DNA of 64,000 nucleotides from a virus (Duplodnaviria; Heunggongvirae; Uroviricota; Caudoviricetes): IMG/VR virus record IMGVR_UViG_2695420475_000001; one strand, 5' to 3'. Shown piece by piece: positions 57,166 to 64,000 of this stretch (position 1 is its first letter; each line of letters starts with the position of its first letter). The notes under the pieces were generated by a model. It saw only the letters and a program-made list of their open reading frames with translations, ran no database searches and was not told where the DNA came from. The position numbers and the translations under genes were made by a program.

Positions 57166-57301
57166 GTGGGTGAGAAAAAGTAGAGCCCCGGTCGGCGGCG
57201 CGTGAGAGGGCGTCTAGATACATCGACCGGGGCGACTACTGGAGCGTAGCTCTACAGCAGCTACTTACATTATATAGCTATGGTGCGCAAGCCTGAGTTT
57301 G

Positions 57302-57943
57302 CTAGAGACCCAGTTCGCGACATACCAAGCTAAAGAGCTGGCTGAAGAAGTTCGATGACTTCCCAATGCGTGCAGCTAGATCCGTGGTTGGAACGGAAGG
57401 GTTGGCAATGATCGCGTTCAACACATCCAGGCATGCTGCGCGACTCTGATGCCCGACACGGCGATGGAACACAGCGAAGTCGGGACGAGCTGTCACCAGC
57501 TCATGGGCGGCACGTGCCTTTTCCAGGCGGTTGCGGTAGCGAGTATCCACACCGTTGTGAGCGTGGAGAGCTTCGCCAGTCAGTGCCTCTACCGGCATGG
57601 TGATCTGCTTAATATCAGGCCACTCGGGGCGCATCGCTGCGCGTTCAGCTGGAGTGGTCCCACCCCAGATGCCGAATTCCTCGCCATTATCCAAAGCCCA
57701 GGTACGGCACATGTCCAGAACGGGGCAGCGTGAGCACGTGGCCTTTGCGCGCTGCTCGGCGTAGGCCACCATTTCGGTAGCCAACTCCTGAGTGACTCCA
57801 TCCTCGACCAGCTCTTCCACGGTGAGGAAGTGCGACTCCTGGTCATCAGGGTCACATACGGCTTTGCTGCGCCAATCAAGATCCAGGTCGCTGGCCGTAG
57901 GTGGGCGCTCGATCATAGCGGTCATTTGGTTGTATCCCTTCAA
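57302..57943 (-). CDS. WhiB-like Fe-S transcription factor with extended C-terminal domain
   Basis: C-x(n)-C-x2-C-x5-C (AVCD...CSRCPVLDMC) plus GIWGG motif. Confidence 0.6.
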   Translation of the reverse strand: MKGYNQMTAMIERPPTASDLDLDWRSKAVCDPDDQESHFLTVEELVEDGVTQELATEMVAYAEQRAKATCSRCPVLDMCRTWALDNGEEFGIWGGTTPAERAAMRPEWPDIKQITMPVEALTGEALHAHNGVDTRYRNRLEKARAAHELVTARPDFAVFHRRVGHQSRAACLDVLNAIIANPSVPTTDLAARIGKSSNFFSQLFSLVCRELGL

Positions 57944-58507
57944 TCAGTCCCGGTCGTGTACCGGAACTTTTGTTGCAAGTGCGACAAGTTCGGCCAGGGT
58001 GCAGCTAACCCACTGCTTCATGGGATCAGTTGTGCCCTTGCGCTTGTGAACGAAGAACCCGGCCAGAGCTCCCGCGTTCTTGGCCTCTACTTTAGCCTCC
58101 CCAACCCCTTCGGGAAGGCTTAATGCAGCTACGTCCTTAGTTTCGATAACGATGTCGTGCCCGTCAATGCGGAAGTTGACAACATCGCCCTTGTCAACAC
58201 TCCCCCAGCTCGGTGCAACCTGAATGTTGGGGTCCTGCAATGCTTCTCGCAGCCCATCAACAATGAGGCGATTGAACTTCGCCCCTGCGGCTTTCGCCGA
58301 CTTCCGGTTCCTACTCAACGACCCGCTACCTTTACGTCCGAACCTGTTTACGCGACAGACCCTCAACCTCCCCGGCTGACTGTCCGTCAGTGGAATGACC
58401 ATACAGAGAGGGTATGACAACCGGCACCCACATGAACTGCAAACGCCTCCCCGCCGATGCACAGATGCCCTCCCAAGTCTCGTTTGGCAGACTGTAACCC
58501 TGGTCAC
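57944..58507 (-). CDS. Hypothetical protein (possible resolvase-like nuclease, unverified)
   Basis: ORF between the two WhiB-like genes. Confidence 0.3.
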   Translation of the reverse strand: MTRVTVCQTRLGRASVHRRGGVCSSCGCRLSYPLCMVIPLTDSQPGRLRVCRVNRFGRKGSGSLSRNRKSAKAAGAKFNRLIVDGLREALQDPNIQVAPSWGSVDKGDVVNFRIDGHDIVIETKDVAALSLPEGVGEAKVEAKNAGALAGFFVHKRKGTTDPMKQWVSCTLAELVALATKVPVHDRD

Positions 58508-58566
58508 ACGGGGTCAACATCTGGGGACTCGGCTTTACCAGACAACTGACTGGTTGGGTTTGCCGC

Positions 58567-58890
58567 CTAGCGGATGAAGTCGGGCCGGTCATCCTCTTCC
58601 TCGGGGATCCTGCGGGCCATGGCCGCATAGAACTCCGCGCGTCGCGCCTTCGCCTTGGGGGTCTTCCCGAACATCTCGGGAATCCATTCACCAGCCACCC
58701 ACACCGTACTCTCCTGGCGGTCAACGCAATTAGCCTTCAAGCACTCAGGACGTACCGGACATTCACCACAGATGCTCTGGACCTCGGCAGTATCCTTCTC
58801 GCCAAGTTCGTTGGGGTCCTTGATGAAACGGATATCTCCACCACACTGGATGTACTGATACCACTCCTGGTTTGAATTCCAGAGCTTCAT
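58567..58890 (-). CDS. whiB: WhiB-family transcription factor
   Basis: CGGD...CGECPVRPECL...WVAGEW; 107 aa. Confidence 0.75.
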   Translation of the reverse strand: MKLWNSNQEWYQYIQCGGDIRFIKDPNELGEKDTAEVQSICGECPVRPECLKANCVDRQESTVWVAGEWIPEMFGKTPKAKARRAEFYAAMARRIPEEEDDRPDFIR

Positions 58891-60182
58891 GCCGCGAACC
58901 GCATCTGGTCGAAACGTTCAGCAAGGATCACGACATCCTCAGGGCCCTGGCGATTCTTCACGAAGCACGCGTTCATCAGTGGCACGCCCTGGTCTTCGTC
59001 ATCTCCATGGGACGTAGGTGGACGGGACAGGATGACAGCGACATCAGCCGTCTGCTCAATGCCGCCCGATTCTCGAAAGTCCGACTTGTTCGGAAGACGC
59101 GGCTTGCCGTTGTGCTGCTCGAGGCTGCGATTCAACTGTGCTGCAACAAGAACCGCACAGTCCAGCCGCCGCGCAATGCTACGAGCCATGGTCGCGATGT
59201 AGTCGACTTCCAGCACACGCGAGTCAAATCGCTTGGCAGACTTGACCAGCTGCAGATAGTCAATGAATACGAAGTCCAGACCGAACCGCTGCTTGTGCAC
59301 CCGGCACCTCTGCGCGATCTCCTCGATGGTGAGGTCTGGCTCATCATCGATCGTGAAACGGATCTCTGCATTGTCAGCGGCCCATCGGCTGATCTTCTCC
59401 TGCTGAGACGGATCCATCTTGCGCCGGAAGATCGGCTTGTAAGGGGTCTCTGTTCCACATGCAGCAAGACGGCCCATCAGGTCGTCCTTGGAGAGCTCCA
59501 GGGAGAAGACCAGCGTCTCGTACCCCTGCTTGGCGATATGCCACGACACCTGCGTGCCGAAGATCGTCTTGCCGCAGCCAGGGCGTGCGCCCGTCACATA
59601 CAGCCGCTGACTCTGATAGCCCCCACCGAGCTGGTCATTGACGTTCATCCAGGGTGTTGGCAAGAACGGACGATCATCCTCCTGCGCTGTAGACCACTGG
59701 TCATATAGTTCGCGGAAGCCAAGGGAGTAGACCTCCTGCATGTCATCCAGCTGGTCAAGGAAGGATCGCGCGGCCTCCAACGCCTCCGGGATCTCGCCCG
59801 GGTCGTCATGAAGCGCCTGGAACCTCTGCCCCAGGCTGTTGACGGTTCGGATCTTCCACTGCTCAGTGACGATCTGCGCGTAGTAACCGACGTTCCCCGG
59901 CACATTGCAGTGCTCCATGCAGATCTGCAGGTAGGGGGCTCCACCAGACTTACGCAGATCCTTACTTCGGCGCAGGCGGTCGAATACCGTCATGGCGTCA
60001 ATAGGCACCGCCTCCGCATACATGCCCTGAATGCACGTGAAGAGGAGTTCGTTGGTTGGGTGGTAGAAGTGATCAGCCCTCAGGCCCTCCAGCTTGGAGA
60101 ACACGTCAGGGTTCAGGAGGAGCGCTCCGATTACACCTTGCTCAGCTCGGAGGTCGTGGGCTGGCTCTCGGTCTCCTGACAC
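58887..60182 (-). CDS. dnaB: DnaB-like replicative helicase
   Basis: N-terminal DnaB domain (AEQGVIGALLL), Walker A GARPGCGKT, RecA-like C-terminal domain. Confidence 0.9.
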   Translation of the reverse strand: MSGDREPAHDLRAEQGVIGALLLNPDVFSKLEGLRADHFYHPTNELLFTCIQGMYAEAVPIDAMTVFDRLRRSKDLRKSGGAPYLQICMEHCNVPGNVGYYAQIVTEQWKIRTVNSLGQRFQALHDDPGEIPEALEAARSFLDQLDDMQEVYSLGFRELYDQWSTAQEDDRPFLPTPWMNVNDQLGGGYQSQRLYVTGARPGCGKTIFGTQVSWHIAKQGYETLVFSLELSKDDLMGRLAACGTETPYKPIFRRKMDPSQQEKISRWAADNAEIRFTIDDEPDLTIEEIAQRCRVHKQRFGLDFVFIDYLQLVKSAKRFDSRVLEVDYIATMARSIARRLDCAVLVAAQLNRSLEQHNGKPRLPNKSDFRESGGIEQTADVAVILSRPPTSHGDDEDQGVPLMNACFVKNRQGPEDVVILAERFDQMRFAA

Positions 60183-60652
60183 TCGACCCTCTCTCTATAA
60201 ATCTGGGTGATCCATGCCCGCGAAATCTCCCTGTGCCAGAAGCGGATAGCTTCTGGGTCGGTCATGTCGTCGGGTGGATACTGCTTGGGCATCTTGATGC
60301 CGAACCGGTTCTCCACAGCTTTTACGTTCGTGGTCTTCCACTGCTGCTTCATCCAATTCCGTTGGGCTGCACGCTCGTCTGCGAAAAGATCAACGTCGTC
60401 GTACCGGCCCTGCTTTAGCCACGAATGCGCTGCGGGAACATAGGTCAAGTCGTCCGGGTCACATGACATCGCAAAGTTGCGCGCGGACTCAATGAGCTTG
60501 GCCGGATCTTGCCCCTTGTTTTCGACTAGGTCAGCGAAAACACGCTCGGCCTCACTGATGGCAGTGTGTTTGGGATAGGCATCCCAAAACTGCCTGAAAG
60601 ACCGAGCGTGTTTCTTACGCGCCTCGCCGGGGGTTAGCTTCTCGCTCACCAA
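60131..60652 (-). CDS. Hypothetical protein upstream of dnaB
   Basis: 173-aa ORF overlapping the dnaB start by 52 nt. Confidence 0.4.
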   Translation of the reverse strand: MVSEKLTPGEARKKHARSFRQFWDAYPKHTAISEAERVFADLVENKGQDPAKLIESARNFAMSCDPDDLTYVPAAHSWLKQGRYDDVDLFADERAAQRNWMKQQWKTTNVKAVENRFGIKMPKQYPPDDMTDPEAIRFWHREISRAWITQIYRERVECQETESQPTTSELSKV

Positions 60653-61077
60653 TCCGGTTCATCGTTGTTGGAGTCGCCGCCCCAAGCATCTTCTGTGGGC
60701 TTCTGGCGCTGCGCGCCGCCCTTCTGCGGAGCTGCAGTGGCAAAGCGAAGGTCGGGGCCGAAGGAGTCGAACTCAACTTCCAGCACGGAGCGCTTCTCAC
60801 CCTCGCGGGTCTCAAACGAGCGCTGCTTGATCTGGCCGTGGCCGATAACGCGGTCTCCGCGCGAAAGGCTCTCGGCTACATTCTCCGCGAACACATCCCA
60901 GATGGTTCCGTTCAGGAACGTGGTGTCGCCGTCGACCCAGTTTCCACCCGGGTCCTTCTTTCGGGTGTTCGTCGCCACCGACACATTGACCACGGCCTTA
61001 CCGCCGCCAGTAAAACGGACCTCGGGATCACGAGTGAGGGTGCCAACAACAGTGACTTCAGGAAGGGTGATGCTCAT
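60646..61077 (-). CDS. ssb: Single-stranded DNA-binding protein
   Basis: OB-fold SSB core (VTVVGTLTRDPEVRFT...) with Gly/Gln-rich acidic tail. Confidence 0.85.
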   Translation of the reverse strand: MSITLPEVTVVGTLTRDPEVRFTGGGKAVVNVSVATNTRKKDPGGNWVDGDTTFLNGTIWDVFAENVAESLSRGDRVIGHGQIKQRSFETREGEKRSVLEVEFDSFGPDLRFATAAPQKGGAQRQKPTEDAWGGDSNNDEPDW

Positions 61078-61098
61078 ATGCTCTCAATTCGTTCGGGA

Positions 61099-61503
61099 TC
61101 AGTTGCTGGACCATGGGTCTCGTAGATCGATGTCTCTATGATATTCGGACCCAAGGAGGTTCATGTGGGTGAACTTTCCCAGGTGGTGCTGGTATATCGG
61201 GATGGCAGCTGGCTCTTCCCAAGGCCTTACGTGATAGCCCTCAGAGTGTGCTGCGTTGGGGTTGTGTTCAATCCACCCATGGCAACCGACCGTTCCGTGT
61301 CCGCACACGTGGACGATGTTGTCAAGGCTCCACAGGCCTCCCTGAGACCTCTTCTTGCGGTGGTGCATAGACAGTCCACCCCCGATACCGCAGCGCTCGC
61401 ATAGGCCACCTGAGCGGCGCTGGATCTCTACGCGGCACTGCTCCTCGGTCATCAAATGGGGAGGAGGATCCGCGCAAGCTGGCGAAGCAACTCCCGCTGC
61501 CAC
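61099..61503 (-). CDS. HNH endonuclease
   Basis: CERCGIGGGLSMHHRKKRSQGG...N..HVCGH...CHGWIEHNP. Confidence 0.7.
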   Translation of the reverse strand: MAAGVASPACADPPPHLMTEEQCRVEIQRRSGGLCERCGIGGGLSMHHRKKRSQGGLWSLDNIVHVCGHGTVGCHGWIEHNPNAAHSEGYHVRPWEEPAAIPIYQHHLGKFTHMNLLGSEYHRDIDLRDPWSSN

Positions 61504-61778
61504 GGAATGACGATCTCACCGTGCCTCGCCTCAAGCTGCTGAATGAAGTTGGGGGCAGGCCTTACAAACTCGCGAAGCTCGGCGTCCAATGCGTCGAAGT
61601 CAGCCATTGCGTGTCCTTCTCTTCAGTTCCTCGCGCTGGTGAGTCTGCAACCTTTTCAAAACCTTCGTGAATGGCCACGTCTTGCCATCGTGAATCAGCT
61701 TGCCGTCACGGTCATACGCGGGCCGCTGGTCAGCGAGCTTGTTCGGCAACGCGGGGGCGTGAAAATGCGATGGGCGCA

Positions 61779-62117
61779 TCAGGATCCGAGTCCTCTCATC
61801 TGTACGTCAGTCCCAGCTAGCGAGCTGTACAGCGTCCAGCGGGACGGGAAGTTGAAACCTAGATCCTCGAACCAGTCGCGATCCCATTCGGGAGTCTCTG
61901 TAGCCCAGATGTATTCACCGTTGGACAGCTCAATGACGGCTGACCTCACCGTCTTCTCTTCAGGATGTGCGAAGAGGTAGTCGCCCATGTAGTAGCACAG
62001 CCAAGCGCCCGGGGTAAGGTCCGGCTCCTTCAGTTCGCCGGAGAGATTCTGAAACAGCTGGCGCAAAGAACTAAGTAGCTTCACAGCACGTTCTCCTTGA
62101 ATTCCAGAGTGAGCCAA
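61779..62117 (-). CDS. Hypothetical protein
   Basis: ORF. Confidence 0.35.
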   Translation of the reverse strand: MAHSGIQGERAVKLLSSLRQLFQNLSGELKEPDLTPGAWLCYYMGDYLFAHPEEKTVRSAVIELSNGEYIWATETPEWDRDWFEDLGFNFPSRWTLYSSLAGTDVQMRGLGS

Positions 62118-62280
62118 TGCCCGTCCGGCTCTTGAGTAATTCGAACGGAATACGCATCACCCCCGGGGATCGTCAGTAGCGCAGCGCCGTGGGTAAGCGT
62201 CAGGGCGACCTGGTAGTCCGGGTGAGGGTGACTGCGAATAGCTTGTGCGATGCGGCTTTCCAGTCGCACGCGGACGGAGT

Positions 62281-62784
62281 TCACATCTCCCCCAGGTACT
62301 TTGTTTCGGTGTAGCTTTGGGACTGGCTAGGCGCGTCCATGACGGCCTCCCAGTCGTGGAAGTTCCTCACGCAGAAGCGGAGGTTGGTTTCCTCGTTCGG
62401 CTTGTCCCACCAGACAACGTCGTCATCGAGAACTCGATACTCGACATAGCCGTTGGTGGCATCACAACGCAGGATGGTGAATCCGAATGGCGACTGAAGT
62501 TCGGTAAGCCGATCCTTTTGGCAGCGAGTGGGATCCAGATCTTTGGCGATCAACGCAAACTCATCAGCCGCAGTAATCACTGGGCGGTCAGTAGCGTCGC
62601 GATCGATGCGGAATCGTCCAACCTCGCCGTGACCTTCAGCGATTAGCGTGGAGTTGAAGAACTCCTCTCCGGTCTCCGGGTCCTGCCATCCCTCATCGGG
62701 ATACTTTCCGATAAGCCGAAGTACGATCTCACTCAAAGCCCAACTCCCTCGCCCACTCCTGGAAGTGCTCTGTCGAGTTCTCAT
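62281..62784 (-). CDS. Hypothetical protein
   Basis: 167-aa ORF. Confidence 0.4.
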   Translation of the reverse strand: MRTRQSTSRSGRGSWALSEIVLRLIGKYPDEGWQDPETGEEFFNSTLIAEGHGEVGRFRIDRDATDRPVITAADEFALIAKDLDPTRCQKDRLTELQSPFGFTILRCDATNGYVEYRVLDDDVVWWDKPNEETNLRFCVRNFHDWEAVMDAPSQSQSYTETKYLGEM

Positions 62785-63163
62785 CCCGCAACGCCTTGCT
62801 GTCGAGCCACTTTGCGAGGCCTTCCGCTGACTGCGCTGTGTAGCGCTTCACTGCAACCTCCGAGATGCCGCGCGACTGAAGAAGCTTCGTGCGGTCATGG
62901 TCATAGGAGGCGAGCACTACACGGATGTTCGCGGCCATACCATGCGGGTATTCACCGTGCTCCTCGAGATAGTCGAGGACGTGCGAAAGTGCAACGTACA
63001 GAACCTCTCCGTAGGAGATGGGGATCTGGGCGCTACTCATCGCGCATCTCGTCTTCAAGCCGGTTGAAGAACTCGCCTTCAGCCTCTTTGTACTGCTCGG
63101 TGATTGCCGCCAGGAAGTGTTCGCCAACCTCACGGGCGATAGCGTCTCCAGCCACCAAACCAA
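62729..63163 (-). CDS. Hypothetical protein
   Basis: 144-aa ORF. Confidence 0.4.
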   Translation of the reverse strand: MVWWLETLSPVRLANTSWRQSPSSTKRLKASSSTGLKTRCAMSSAQIPISYGEVLYVALSHVLDYLEEHGEYPHGMAANIRVVLASYDHDRTKLLQSRGISEVAVKRYTAQSAEGLAKWLDSKALRDENSTEHFQEWARELGFE

Positions 63164-63392
63164 CAGGACCGTAGTTGGCGTGAAGATACTCTGCGACTAG
63201 CTCGTTGTATCCGAGCAGCCAGTCCGCGATCTTGTCGCGGTACGGCTTTGGAATATTCGTATGCAAGGCTAGGAAGTTGATGAACGTACGCGGTGCCTCT
63301 GCGATGGTGAATGGCAGCGAGAGGTTCATTGAATCGACCCGCTTGGGCTGGGCTGGAAGCTTGATGGGGTCAGGGATTGGCTTGCGGGCCAT
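63033..63392 (-). CDS. Hypothetical protein
   Basis: 119-aa ORF; overlaps the upstream ORF in another frame, so one of the two may be wrong. Confidence 0.3.
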   Translation of the reverse strand: MARKPIPDPIKLPAQPKRVDSMNLSLPFTIAEAPRTFINFLALHTNIPKPYRDKIADWLLGYNELVAEYLHANYGPVGLVAGDAIAREVGEHFLAAITEQYKEAEGEFFNRLEDEMRDE

Positions 63393-63784
63393 CAGAAGTT
63401 TCCTCCACCAGTTCCGAATACTTGTGCCAGCAGTTTGGAGCGCATTCCGATCGCGATCAGCTCTTTCTCAAGTGCTGACAACCGGCGTTCGCAGAGACCA
63501 AGCTGGGCATTGGCGATATCGAGGTCAATGCGCTCCTGCTCAGTCTCCTCAGCTGCGTGAGCCTTTGCCTTGCCGACAGCACCAGTGAACGCCATCATCT
63601 TGCGGGCCTCAGCTACGGCGAACCGAGTCGCACGCCAATCCTTCTGCGCCCTATGCCAGGCAAGAATCTTGTTCCACTTCGTGATAAGGAAGTTGACCCT
63701 ATCCAACTCGCGGTCGATATGGTCGGGCGTGAGATCCGTGTATGTATAGTCCACTAACTCGTCGCTCATTCGACCTCGTACCAT
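63392..63784 (-). CDS. Hypothetical coiled-coil protein
   Basis: 130-aa ORF. Confidence 0.4.
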   Translation of the reverse strand: MVRGRMSDELVDYTYTDLTPDHIDRELDRVNFLITKWNKILAWHRAQKDWRATRFAVAEARKMMAFTGAVGKAKAHAAEETEQERIDLDIANAQLGLCERRLSALEKELIAIGMRSKLLAQVFGTGGGNF

Positions 63785-63975
63785 TCAGTGACAGTGCGCT
63801 GCAATAGTTTCCGGCCATTGGCTTCATCCACATACTTACGCGCCTGGTCCTCCGTCAGTTCACCCACTTCTTCGCGGCAGGCAACCTCTCCGCATGGGTA
63901 CGCAAAGCTCCATTCGACATGGCACTTCGGCATCGGCTTGTTCTGCGCTTCGAGCTGCTCCTGCACGCTACTCAT
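63766..63975 (-). CDS. Small Cys-containing protein
   Basis: ORF. Confidence 0.3.
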   Translation of the reverse strand: MSSVQEQLEAQNKPMPKCHVEWSFAYPCGEVACREEVGELTEDQARKYVDEANGRKLLQRTVTEWYEVE

Positions 63976-64000
63976 CCGATGCCGTCCACAATGCCAAGGG

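Overview
The whole 64 kb window looks like one temperate siphovirus-type actinobacteriophage genome, or a large part of one. The likely host is Mycobacterium or a relative, judging from the two WhiB-like genes, the WXG100-type toxin, the large serine integrase and the GC-rich leaderless-style gene starts. I could not confirm the host from the sequence alone.

Layout of the window:
- 1..20105, minus strand: a classic virion-structure and assembly operon running right to left. Order is small and large terminase, portal, MuF-like protein, scaffold, major capsid, four head-tail connectors, major tail subunit, two tail-assembly chaperones joined by a predicted -1 frameshift, a 1916-aa tape measure protein and minor tail proteins. 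The leftmost gene runs off the window edge.
- 20178..24725, plus strand: about 15 small genes of unknown function with a repeated translation-initiation motif.
- 24807..27675, minus strand: a WXG100-domain polymorphic toxin with an Esx-like partner, an immunity candidate and two paralogous lipoproteins.
- 29280..30480: a 1.2 kb non-coding region rich in iteron-like repeats.
- 30480..37144, plus strand: a second operon of small genes, each preceded by a strongly conserved start-associated sequence, ending in a terminator.
- 37251..38651, plus strand: a large serine integrase.
- 38735..64000, minus strand: the right arm. It holds a metallophosphoesterase, a GIY-YIG nuclease, a 2OG-oxygenase-like protein, a PTH2-type peptidyl-tRNA hydrolase, the RNA ligase RtcB and a GGQ release-factor-like protein (PrfH/ArfB-like). 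These are followed by an array of about 24 tRNA genes interspersed with HNH endonucleases. Further right are an SPFH protein, a DEDD exonuclease, two WhiB-like regulators, a DnaB helicase, SSB and many small unknown genes.

The most notable system is the candidate translation/RNA-repair island: Pth2, RtcB with a coupled upstream mini-ORF, a PrfH-like protein and the large tRNA array, including two type-I tRNAs with Leu anticodons. Also notable are several families of conserved start-associated sequence motifs and the toxin-immunity cassette.
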